Translations under genes and position numbers: made by a program
Part shown: in pieces, positions 17,960 to 26,740 of the stretch
How positions within the stretch are numbered: position 1 is the stretch's first letter
Layout: each line of letters starts with the position of its first letter
Source of the DNA: Methanocella sp.
Lineage (GTDB): Archaea; Thermoproteota; Bathyarchaeia; Bathyarchaeales; Bathycorpusculaceae
Length of the DNA: 64,000 bases
Direction: 5' to 3'
Assembly (NCBI GenBank): GCA_050261115.1
Contig: JBLNCY010000003.1
Span: forward strand, 1-64,000
The notes under the pieces: model-generated
Seen by the model: the letters and a program-made list of their open reading frames with translations, nothing else
The model's database searches: none
What the model was told of the DNA's origin: nothing

Positions 17960-19930
17960 TTATTTGACTCTCTCTAGCCTCAACGAATTCAGCAATAGCA
18001 GCATGGTAACGCCGTCGTCACCTGAGGCCACCGTAAACCAAAGCGGCGTAATCCCCAACAAACCCAACGCGCCCAAAATCAGCTTAACAACAAGCGACGC
18101 CGCGATGTTCTGCTTGGCGATAACCATGGTCTTCTGGCTGAGTCGTAGTATATAGGGGATCTGTGACAGTTCATCCTTTACTAGGACCACATCCGCGGAC
18201 TCCAACGCCACATCGACCCCCCTTGCGCCCATAGCGATACCCACATCCGACGCCGCTAACGCAGGCGCATCATTCACGCCGTCGCCTACCATAGCAACTA
18301 AGCCATCTTTGCCCTTGAATTCTTCCATGCGAGCCAGCTTTTCTTCCGGTAACAGTTCTGCGTATACTTCATCTATGCCGATGGATTGTGCGGTGTCGTT
18401 GGCGATTTCGGTTTTATCGCCTGTTAGCATGGTTGTTTTTATTCCTGCGTCTTTTAATCTGCGGACCGAGCGCATGGCGTCTTCGCGTACTTCGTCGGCG
18501 ACGCAGACCGCTGCTAACCCTACTTTGCCTACTGAGACGCAGACGGCGGTGTGTATGTCGCCTGAGGTAATTTCGAAGGCTTGGGTGCAGTCACAGCCGA
18601 GTTCCTTCATGAACTCCAAGGTGCCAATCGCTACCTGTTTGTCGTTAACTAATCCGACTATGCCTTTACCGGGGACTTCCACGACGTCGGTGACTTTAAT
18701 TTTGCTTAAGTCAATTTTGCGTTCTAAGGCTTTGCGTACTATGGCTTGGGCGATGGGGTGGTTTGAGTACTGGTCTAGTGCGGCGGCGTATGCGATGGCG
18801 TCATCTTCTGCGCTGGTGACGTCGACTCTGCGGATTTCGTGCACTGCTTGGCGGCCCAATGTTAGGGTTCCGGTTTTGTCAAAGACTACCCGCTTGACTT
18901 TGGCCATTTTTTCGATGAATATTCCGCCTTTGATGATTACGCCTCGTTTTGCCGCTATGGTGATAGCTACAAAGACAGTGGCGGGGACTGATATGATGAA
19001 TGCGCTGGGGCAGGAAACCACCAGGAGTATCAGTGACCGATAGAACCAGGTTTCAAAGCCGCCGCCCACCAAGTAGGGCATGGCTAGCGCGGTGAATAGT
19101 GCTAGGGCGATGATTATGGGTACGTAGACTTTTGCGAATCGGTCGACGAGGCGTTCGATGGTTGCTTTGCGTTTCTGGGATTCAATTACTAGCTGTACGA
19201 TGCGGCTGACGAGGGTTTCGGTTGATTTCTTTGAGACCGTGATTTTTAGTACTCCGCCAGTGTTGAGTGTGCCAGCGTAGACTAAGTCGTTTATTTTTTT
19301 GGGTACTGGCACGGATTCTCCTGTTACTATTGTTTGGTCAACGTGCGAAAATCCGTCTACCACGACGCCATCGAGTGGGATGCGTTCGCCTGGGCGTACC
19401 AGGATGAGTGCGTTAACTGGGACTTTGGATACGTCGACTGTTTCTGCTCGGTCGCCTTCGATTAGTCGAGCTGTTTCTGGGATGACTTTGCTTATTTTCT
19501 CTACGGTACGTTTAGCCCGGTCCTGTAGGTAACCCTCAAAGTATTCTGCCAAGCAATAGAGAAACAGCACGGTGGCAGCTTCGAAACGGTAATCGAGTCC
19601 GAGCGCGCCTAAACCTGCAACAGCCATGAGAAATTCGACACTAAAACGGCGTTCGATGACGAGTTCCTTGAGGCCGACGATGCCGATGTAGATAGCGGCA
19701 ACCAGGACCGCGGAATAGTACAGTATCATGCTGACTGAAGCTTCGATGTTTATGATTGGAACGTTGAAGCCAAGCGGGATACCTTCAAAAAACAGATCCA
19801 TAATGCCTGCGGCAATTATGGTGGCTACTAGCCAGACGGCGAATGCTACGAGTACTTTTCGGTTTTCTTTTTCTTCGCCTATTGTTAAGTGCTCGGTTTT
19901 AGTGTCCATAGACATTATTGTTGGCCTCAA
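17960..19930 (-). CDS. P1B heavy-metal-translocating ATPase (Zn/Cd-like), no N-terminal metal-binding domain
   Basis: TGES, SCPSA, DKTGTLT, SNHP, GDGVNDAP; Lys in the penultimate TM and DG in the last TM. Confidence 0.9.
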   Translation of the reverse strand: MRPTIMSMDTKTEHLTIGEEKENRKVLVAFAVWLVATIIAAGIMDLFFEGIPLGFNVPIINIEASVSMILYYSAVLVAAIYIGIVGLKELVIERRFSVEFLMAVAGLGALGLDYRFEAATVLFLYCLAEYFEGYLQDRAKRTVEKISKVIPETARLIEGDRAETVDVSKVPVNALILVRPGERIPLDGVVVDGFSHVDQTIVTGESVPVPKKINDLVYAGTLNTGGVLKITVSKKSTETLVSRIVQLVIESQKRKATIERLVDRFAKVYVPIIIALALFTALAMPYLVGGGFETWFYRSLILLVVSCPSAFIISVPATVFVAITIAAKRGVIIKGGIFIEKMAKVKRVVFDKTGTLTLGRQAVHEIRRVDVTSAEDDAIAYAAALDQYSNHPIAQAIVRKALERKIDLSKIKVTDVVEVPGKGIVGLVNDKQVAIGTLEFMKELGCDCTQAFEITSGDIHTAVCVSVGKVGLAAVCVADEVREDAMRSVRRLKDAGIKTTMLTGDKTEIANDTAQSIGIDEVYAELLPEEKLARMEEFKGKDGLVAMVGDGVNDAPALAASDVGIAMGARGVDVALESADVVLVKDELSQIPYILRLSQKTMVIAKQNIAASLVVKLILGALGLLGITPLWFTVASGDDGVTMLLLLNSLRLERVK

Positions 19931-20419
19931 TTTTCATTGACGCTGGCGAGTTGGTGGTTGGTTGCTACTTAAAAATATAGTTAACTATGAGAAGTAACCT
20001 GTTTTACGAATAAAAACGTGCTGGTGATCCGTGCGGCTTGGGGGTTTGGGGTGGTGTTTGTTTGTCGAGCGAGTCGGCTATCTGTGCAGAAAATTTGGGT
20101 TGTTGGCTATTTTTTTTGCGTGTTTATTGGTTTGGGTGAGTTCTGCGGCTCTTTTCTTGTAGATGGATATGTCGTATTCGAAGAGGTGTGTTTTTCCACA
20201 CTGCCATTTTACTTCAGAGTCGAACTTGCAATTCTTTTTTTAAAAAATACTTTCGACAACAATAGCGTTTCAACATACAATTGGACACACAAAAAGTTAA
20301 AAACCAATCAACAACTAAGACACATGCACACCAGCATGATCACCTACCCACCTAGACAAAGCCAAAAAGGTTCACCCCTAGTGAAACGTTAATAAGGTCT
20401 GCATCCGCACTTACCCTTC

Positions 20420-20896
20420 ATGCCCAAACCAAAACCCAGCGCCAAACCCAAACGTAACCGTAGCGGCAAACCCCAACCTCCACAGCGCTCAATAACCGCA
20501 ACAAAAACCTACTGGGTAGCTTTGGCTGCTATGTTTGCAGTGGTGTCCGCGGTTTTCGGGGTAACAATGGGGTTAGGCGTCACTCAATCAGTTGTTCTGG
20601 TAGTTACGGTGGTTTTGTTGATTGGTGTAATCGGGTTTATCCGCACCACACCCTCAGACCTCTCGTTAAGTAAACGTGCGACTTTCATTTTTGCCGGCGC
20701 CTCGATCATCGGCTTTTGCATCTGGGTTGCTGTCATTTTCTCTGGCCTTATAACGCCGCTGGCGCAGGAGAACGGGGAAGTTTTTGTTGCCATCACCAGT
20801 TTTACCATATGCCTAACGGTTGGCGCCTTTATCGGGGAATTGCTTGGACGTAGCAAGAAAATTCAAGATCACCTCTTTTTGGGCATGAAAAATTAG
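20420..20896 (+). CDS. Hypothetical 4-TM membrane protein with a basic N-terminus
   Basis: K/R/P-rich N-terminus followed by four hydrophobic segments. Confidence 0.7.
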   Translation: MPKPKPSAKPKRNRSGKPQPPQRSITATKTYWVALAAMFAVVSAVFGVTMGLGVTQSVVLVVTVVLLIGVIGFIRTTPSDLSLSKRATFIFAGASIIGFCIWVAVIFSGLITPLAQENGEVFVAITSFTICLTVGAFIGELLGRSKKIQDHLFLGMKN

Positions 20897-20994
20897 CCCC
20901 CTGCCGCATTTTATCTAACTGGTTTTTTCATCAGAAGATTTAAGAGTACAAACCCTCGCATCTTTCTAACGAACCATTCAGGACCGACCACCGC

Positions 20995-21873
20995 ATGAAA
21001 TTCGGCATCATGACCCGCAACCCAGACGCCTGGAGCAGCACCCAAGTGCGAGAAGCGCTCACCCAACGGGGCATACCTTATGAATGTTTTACTTTTCCCC
21101 GCCTAGTCGCCCGCTTAGCCTATAAGCCCTACTTTAAAGTTAACAACACAGACATACTCCAAGACCTCGACGCCTTGATTATCCGCCCCATCGGCAGGGG
21201 CAGCCTTGAGGAGCTCGTGTTCCGCATGGACATGCTCTATAAGCTTGAACGCAAAGGCTTCTACATGGTCAACCCCCCCACGGCAATAGAGCACTGCGTC
21301 GACAAGTATGACATTCTTTCCTTGCTTGAAGACTGCGGGGTTCCCGTCCCCAGAACCCTCGCCACCGAGAGCGTGAATGAGGCGCTTAAGGCCTTTAATG
21401 AACTCGGCGGGGACGTGGTTGTTAAACCCATCTTTGGCAGCCGAGGCCAAGGCGCAACCCGCGTCAACGACATCGACGTCGCAGACACCATCTTTAAAGC
21501 CATCACATTCCACCACGGCGTAATCTACATGCAAGAATTCGTCGAACATGGCTTTAGTGACATACGCGCGTTCGTCTTAGGCGACCAAGTAATCGCGTCA
21601 ATGCGCAGAGTCGCCACTGGCTGGAAAACTAACTACAGCCGAGGCGCACGCCCCGCACCCGAAGAAATCAGCGGCAACTACAAAGAACTAGCCATCAAAG
21701 CAGCCAAAGCGGTCGGATGCAAAGTTGCAGGCGTGGACATTCTTGAAGGCCCATCGGGACCCTGCATCGTTGACGTAAACAGTCAACCAGGCTGGAAGGG
21801 TCTGCAGCAAGTCACCAAGGTAAATATAGGCGACGAAATCGTCAAGTTTGTCATAAAAGAAATAAAAAAGTAA
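20995..21873 (+). CDS. RimK-family ATP-grasp alpha-L-glutamate ligase (MptN/CofF/LysX-like)
   Basis: VVVKPIFGSRG, YMQEFV, DIRAFV, WKTN, GVDIL, DVNSQPG. Confidence 0.9.
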   Translation: MKFGIMTRNPDAWSSTQVREALTQRGIPYECFTFPRLVARLAYKPYFKVNNTDILQDLDALIIRPIGRGSLEELVFRMDMLYKLERKGFYMVNPPTAIEHCVDKYDILSLLEDCGVPVPRTLATESVNEALKAFNELGGDVVVKPIFGSRGQGATRVNDIDVADTIFKAITFHHGVIYMQEFVEHGFSDIRAFVLGDQVIASMRRVATGWKTNYSRGARPAPEEISGNYKELAIKAAKAVGCKVAGVDILEGPSGPCIVDVNSQPGWKGLQQVTKVNIGDEIVKFVIKEIKK

Positions 21874-21887
21874 ATACCTACTTTTCC

Positions 21888-22454
21888 TTATTTGTAAATG
21901 TCAAGTAGGTTACTTTTCTGTAGCACAAGTATTAAAGCTGCACATATCGCAACTGCCGGAATTAGGTATGTTGCGTTGTAGGTCGCTGAGTACAAAACAG
22001 GGTTCATTCCCGCTGGTGCATACATCCCGAAATATATGGCGCCTGAGGTAGTGGAGCATAAGAATCGTGCTGCTCCACCCACTGCGACACCGATAACAGG
22101 TCCAGCGACTGTTAGGTGCCGGAAGAATCCAGCTAACCCTAGACACGCAAACGCCAAGGGGTAGTCAAGGAGGAACTGGACTGGGTGCACGATAGTAGAC
22201 GGGGTGACCGCGAGGTCAACGACGCCAAAGACTGCGCCGGCGAATATGCCGATTTTCGGTCCACGTCGAAGCGCCAGCCAAAAGATAGGCAGCATTCCAA
22301 GGTTGATTGAGCCGCCCTGTGGCAAGGCAAAGAACGAGTGGCTTACAAGCGATAATGCGCCTGCCAAGGCAACAAAAATTATTATTTCCGCAAGGATTTT
22401 GGTTTGGAATATTGGTTTGTAAGGTTCAGACGGTTGATTGGTTTCTCTTTGCAT
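21888..22454 (-). CDS. thiT: ECF-type thiamine transporter S-component (ThiT-like)
   Basis: LPQGGSI, RRGPKIG, HPVQFLLDYPLAF, SGAIYFGMYAPAGMNP, YNATY; TPP riboswitch directly upstream. Confidence 0.88.
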   Translation of the reverse strand: MQRETNQPSEPYKPIFQTKILAEIIIFVALAGALSLVSHSFFALPQGGSINLGMLPIFWLALRRGPKIGIFAGAVFGVVDLAVTPSTIVHPVQFLLDYPLAFACLGLAGFFRHLTVAGPVIGVAVGGAARFLCSTTSGAIYFGMYAPAGMNPVLYSATYNATYLIPAVAICAALILVLQKSNLLDIYK

Positions 22455-22457
22455 TCA

Positions 22458-22552
22458 TGTTTCCCTCCGCCAGTATTACCTGGTTCAGGTTCACAGGGTC
22501 GACAGAAGCTACTGTCCTCTCAGCCGGCTCATTTACCAGCTCCCCAAGAACT
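22458..22552 (-). ncRNA. TPP (THI-box) riboswitch
   Basis: Minus strand reads GTTCTTGGGGAGCTGGTAAATGAGCCGGCTGAGAGGACAGTAGCTTCTGTCGACCCTGTGAACCTGAACCAGGTAATACTGGCGGAGGGAAAC. It has the GGGGxGC, GCTGAGA, ACCC, GAACCTGA, TAATAC and GCGxAGGGA signatures. Confidence 0.95.
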
Positions 22553-22742
22553 GCTCCAAAATAAGTCATATAGCTGCATATAGCCTTTTCCACGTTTCCA
22601 CAAACCAGAACAGCTCCAAAGAACACTACACATAAAGCAATACTTAGCGTTCAGTAGCGCATCTGATAGTAAAAGAGTTGAGGGTTTTGCTTTCTGGGCC
22701 ACAACGCTTTCTTGAGCAAGAATTATAACCTTAAGCTACCCA

Positions 22743-23432
22743 TTGTCTATGAAGGATGCTAATTGTATGGAAAAGAGCTTTGACTGGTTTATAAAGCGCC
22801 GCAAAACCAAAGGCTTAGATACTGCTCATGAAGAGATCACTCGGGCATTTGATACGGTAACTTTGCTGCATAAAGCTACCCAGAGCTTCGCGAAAGGAAA
22901 CAAAACCGACACAAAAAAGCACATAGAAAACCTCTACGCAACTGAAGCAGGCGTAGACAAACTCCGCACCCAAGTATTTATGGAACTCTCAACCGGCACA
23001 GCGCTACTGGCTGATTACCGCGAAGACCTTTTGCACCTAGTTAAACGCGCCGATATGCTAGCAGATCACACTAAAGATGTGGCGCGCTGCATAGAAATGC
23101 TCCTAGAGGTAGACATGCCCGAAGAGTTGTCTGGAAAAGCCGCGTCGATGACCAACAAACTGGTTGATATGGTTAATGTGCTGCGCAGTAGTGTAGAAAA
23201 GATTTCCGCAAACCCTGCACAGGCAATCAAGGAAGCAAAGCGGGTTGAGGATATCGAGCACACCATAGATGAGGAGTACCTCGAAACTAAGGGGTTATTT
23301 GTCAAGTATGGCGCTAACGTGAATAAGGGGGCGATCATTATTTTTGATGACTTGGTGGAATTCTTGGAGAATGCTGCGGACATGTGCGCGGACACTGCTG
23401 ACTACATATATGTGCTCTCAAGCAGAGAGTAA
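22743..23432 (+). CDS. DUF47/PhoU-like phosphate transport regulator
   Basis: Two helical repeats with E..D...D...D patterns (EAGVD, ADMLAD, IEHTID, ADMCADTAD). True start may be 22767. Confidence 0.82.
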   Translation: MSMKDANCMEKSFDWFIKRRKTKGLDTAHEEITRAFDTVTLLHKATQSFAKGNKTDTKKHIENLYATEAGVDKLRTQVFMELSTGTALLADYREDLLHLVKRADMLADHTKDVARCIEMLLEVDMPEELSGKAASMTNKLVDMVNVLRSSVEKISANPAQAIKEAKRVEDIEHTIDEEYLETKGLFVKYGANVNKGAIIIFDDLVEFLENAADMCADTADYIYVLSSRE

Positions 23433-23660
23433 CCCGCCTCCTTTTACCTTTCAAGATATGGATATGGCAGCAGAGAACCAACCGATTTATAAGTTGAAAG
23501 AAGACCGCCGCAGCCTAAGTTGAATTTTCCCAATATAAGGAACCGCCTAAACAGATAGGCGTATTTTCTAACAGAAACAGATGCTTAACTAACACCAAAC
23601 TCAATCTTCAACCGCACAAGAATCGTCTCAAAAAACTATCGAACGCTCCGATGTGCCGGG

Positions 23661-23716
23661 CTGTTGCATGCGGCCGTTGAGTCTATATATGAGGGGGGTC
23701 CCTGTGAGAGCAACAG
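23661..23716 (-). repeat. Dispersed intergenic TATA-core/inverted-repeat element, copy 2
   Basis: Minus strand: CTGTTGCTCTCACAGGGACCCCCCTCATATATAGACTCAACGGCCGCATGCAACAG; perfect CTGTTGC/GCAACAG terminal inverted repeat. Confidence 0.8.
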
Positions 23717-23893
23717 CAACTTACCCATCACCCACAAGGATACACCCAAAACCTCCTAAAAACACAAGCAGACTTTTTTGCTGGTGACAATATGAGTTTT
23801 TGTATAAGCAATGAGCCAATAATGTAAGCGTTAATTGAAGGAGGTTTAGCCTAAAGGCTACTTTTTAAAATAAAGTAGAGAGTGTGTGACTCT

Positions 23894-24118
23894 CTAGTAG
23901 GGGTCTTTTTTGCTTGTTAGGTACGCCCAGGCGCTGACTAGTGCAACGGTTAGGCATGCGCCCGCGACGCCGCTGATCAGGTAGGTAGTTACGCTGCCAA
24001 GAAGTGGGAGCACGCTTACTAGCCATGGGATGAGGAATGTTGCACATAGCTGTGCGATGATGCCCGCGACGAAGCCTAAGAGGGCGATTAGTCCGAATAC
24101 TTTTAGTTTACTGGCCAT
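23894..24118 (-). CDS. Small 2-TM membrane protein divergent from the cdv cluster
   Basis: AGGTGA RBS before ATG 24118; two hydrophobic segments; basic tail. Confidence 0.7.
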   Translation of the reverse strand: MASKLKVFGLIALLGFVAGIIAQLCATFLIPWLVSVLPLLGSVTTYLISGVAGACLTVALVSAWAYLTSKKDPY

Positions 24119-24346
24119 AATATTCACCTTTTGAATCAAAGTAGCCCAGCGGTTCTTTTTAGTGTAACTTACACAAACATGTCTAAAACAGTAATATACG
24201 CATCCATCTTTAACATATCTAGTAGTTCTGTAAAGCGCAAAAACCCTCTATGTATATCTGTACATATATACGTACATATTGCAGCCATATTAACAACGTA
24301 TAACTCACTTCCCACCACTCTACCAGTCAATAGAGGTAATAATAAC

Positions 24347-25006
24347 ATGTCAGAAAGATTCGCCAAAAAGTGGGAAGCAAAACGGGACGAACAAGCCTTT
24401 GGGGACAGAATTAAAGAAGCAGTAAACCCCCCAGGACCACTCAAACCAAGACTCGATTTTGCAGTCCGCCGTATCGAACTCCAAGTCCAAAAACTAGACC
24501 AAGCAAACGAGAGATTTAGCCAAAGAGACAAAGCGATCTTTGCTCGTATCGTAGACGCCTACACAAAACACGACAGCGCACGTGCAAACGTATTCGCAAA
24601 CGAGTTGGCCGAAGTTCGTAAAATGAGCAAACTCATCATGAACGCCAAACTCGCACTTGAACAAATCACACTTAGATTACGCACCGTATCCGAATTAGGT
24701 GATGTTGTCTCAACCCTTGGTCCAGCAGTCGGCGTACTAAGAAGCGTCCGATCTGGTCTAGTCAGCGTGTTCCCAGAAGCCGAAAATGAACTCGGTGAAA
24801 TCGGCAACATGTTAAGCGGCATCATGATCGAAGCAGGCCAAGGCAGTGGCATGACACTAAACTTCGACACAGTAAACGAAGACGCATCAAAGATTCTAGC
24901 CGAAGCAGCAACCGTCGCAGAACAGAAAATCAAAGACAAATTCCCCGACCTACCACCCAGCATGCCATCCTCTCTTGCTTCCACAGCAGAGAAACAGACC
25001 TATTAA
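24347..25006 (+). CDS. cdvB: ESCRT-III/Snf7-like CdvB paralog (short, no winged helix)
   Basis: GAGGT RBS; ANELAEVRK, ALEQITLRLRTVSELGD Snf7 core; C-terminal FPDLP (MIM2-like). The ORF track's 24131 start is probably too long. Confidence 0.9.
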   Translation: MSERFAKKWEAKRDEQAFGDRIKEAVNPPGPLKPRLDFAVRRIELQVQKLDQANERFSQRDKAIFARIVDAYTKHDSARANVFANELAEVRKMSKLIMNAKLALEQITLRLRTVSELGDVVSTLGPAVGVLRSVRSGLVSVFPEAENELGEIGNMLSGIMIEAGQGSGMTLNFDTVNEDASKILAEAATVAEQKIKDKFPDLPPSMPSSLASTAEKQTY

Positions 25007-25029
25007 GAGTGGAGGAATAGAACACAAAA

Positions 25030-25770
25030 ATGTCTAACTCCAACCTCTTTCTTTCTATCGGTAAACCAATCAAGAACGAGTACGGCAGAGTAATCGGCAA
25101 AGTCGCATCGTTTGCCCTCTCCCCAAACGGTAAATTCGACGCGGTATACGTTGAATTCGGCGACGGCCAATTCTCCAAACAGCCCATGGAAAGCCTACGG
25201 TTCAATGGCGCTGAAATCACATTCGTCTCAAAAATCAAATCCCAAGCCAGCACCCTTTGCGATCACATCCCACTCATCTGGCGCAAAGACGAAGCCCTAA
25301 AAGACCTGGTTGAAAAGAAGAAAATCACCCCCGAAGTCTACCAGGACCTCCACGCCAGCTTCGAAAACGTACTAACACAACTCAAAAAAGAGGCCCAAGT
25401 AATCATCGACGAATCCGCAATCGAAATAGAACGATGCCAAGAAGAAATAACCTCACTAAGTTACGCGATCGCTAACCTAGAAATCGAGCATGAAATCGGC
25501 AAAGTTGACGACGAAAACTACAAGATCGCATTTGCCTTACTGCAAGAGACCCTGCGCCGTGCGACCGCTGAGAAAACAGACTTTGAATTAACCAAAAGCA
25601 GACTAAGCAGCGTACTATTAGGTGAACAAACTGCATCACAAAACGCAGCAGCAGCCGCCGCATTAGCTCCGAAAACTAACAAAATCTACGCTGAAACAGT
25701 CAACAACACCGTCACTAAGCTACCTGAGCCTCCAGTCGTCGTCTACGTAAAAGACAAACCAACCCTCTAG
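25030..25770 (+). CDS. cdvA: CdvA-like cell division protein
   Basis: PRC-barrel-like N-terminus (IGKPIKNEYGRVIGKV), long coiled coil, LEIEHEIGKVDDENY, C-terminal PPVVVYV strand. Confidence 0.85.
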   Translation: MSNSNLFLSIGKPIKNEYGRVIGKVASFALSPNGKFDAVYVEFGDGQFSKQPMESLRFNGAEITFVSKIKSQASTLCDHIPLIWRKDEALKDLVEKKKITPEVYQDLHASFENVLTQLKKEAQVIIDESAIEIERCQEEITSLSYAIANLEIEHEIGKVDDENYKIAFALLQETLRRATAEKTDFELTKSRLSSVLLGEQTASQNAAAAAALAPKTNKIYAETVNNTVTKLPEPPVVVYVKDKPTL

Positions 25771-25809
25771 ACGGAAACATCACGAAAGGTGGAGTAAGGG
25801 GAAAAATCG

Positions 25810-26706
25810 ATGGGCTTTATGAACCAAAACCCTCCCCCTATTCGTGAAGTAGCCACAAAATCTATTTCTACCCTAAAAGTCCAGCAGGGCAAGCTGGAAC
25901 AGGCGAGTTACCGCTTAAAAGAACGTGACCGCATACTTTTTGAAACTTGCATGAGCGCGTTAAAGCGGAACAACAAGGAAAAAGCCGCGATTTGCGCCAC
26001 AGAAATCGCGGAGGTCCGCAAGTTAATCAGCTTCATCGGTAACGTGCATTTAGCTATTGAACGCGTTGTCATGCGTCTTGAAACCATACGGGAACTCGGT
26101 GACATAGTTACTGACCTTAAGCCCGCTTTAACTTTACTTCAGGGCGTTTCTGCTCAATTATTCCAGGTGCTGCCGGATGTCAGCACTGAATTAAATAACG
26201 TTAACACAACAATCCAGGAAACCCTCCAACAGACAAAACTCACCACAGACGAAAACATTGTTGGAGTCGGCCGTAAGACCGAAGCCGGTGAGGAAATCCT
26301 AAAAGAAGTATCCTGCTTCATGGAGAAAAAACTCTCCGAAACCCTGCCTGAGCCGCCAGTGTCGGCTCCGGTGAAGGAAAAGGCACCTGCTCCGCCGATT
26401 CGTGAGCTTGTGGCTTTGACTGCAAGTTCTAGTCAAGTGTTTGGGCAGAAGTCACATGAGGAATCAGGGTTTGACCCACAGAAGACCCTGTTTTCATACA
26501 AGAAATCTGAGATTAAAGAGTTCACTGTTAAGGTTGAGAAGCCTGCGCCCAACCTCGAAGAGGTGCTGTTGGAGTATGTACGCAAGAGTAATGGCGAAAT
26601 TGACTTGACCAAGTGCTCAAGTGAACTCCAAGCCTCTAATGAAGCCATAGAGAGAGCTTTGGAGAATTTGGGGTCGCAGGGAAAAATCAAGATTGAAGTA
26701 CGGTAG
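25810..26706 (+). CDS. cdvB: ESCRT-III CdvB with C-terminal winged helix
   Basis: Snf7 core (AIERVVMRLETIRELGD), LPEPP linker, wH tail (LLEYVRKSNGEIDL...LENLGSQGKIKIE). Confidence 0.88.
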   Translation: MGFMNQNPPPIREVATKSISTLKVQQGKLEQASYRLKERDRILFETCMSALKRNNKEKAAICATEIAEVRKLISFIGNVHLAIERVVMRLETIRELGDIVTDLKPALTLLQGVSAQLFQVLPDVSTELNNVNTTIQETLQQTKLTTDENIVGVGRKTEAGEEILKEVSCFMEKKLSETLPEPPVSAPVKEKAPAPPIRELVALTASSSQVFGQKSHEESGFDPQKTLFSYKKSEIKEFTVKVEKPAPNLEEVLLEYVRKSNGEIDLTKCSSELQASNEAIERALENLGSQGKIKIEVR

Positions 26707-26740
26707 CTGAAATAAGCCAGAGAGAGGAAAGAAATAACCT

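Noticed and set aside
20018-20392. 124-aa + strand ORF and a broken minus-strand frame across a T7A6 run
   Set aside because: Skewed low-complexity sequence with no family motif; not enough evidence for a gene or a programmed frameshift.
24131-24346. 72-aa N-terminal extension of the first CdvB
   Set aside because: Overlaps the AT-rich divergent promoter region; ATG 24347 has a proper GAGGT RBS.
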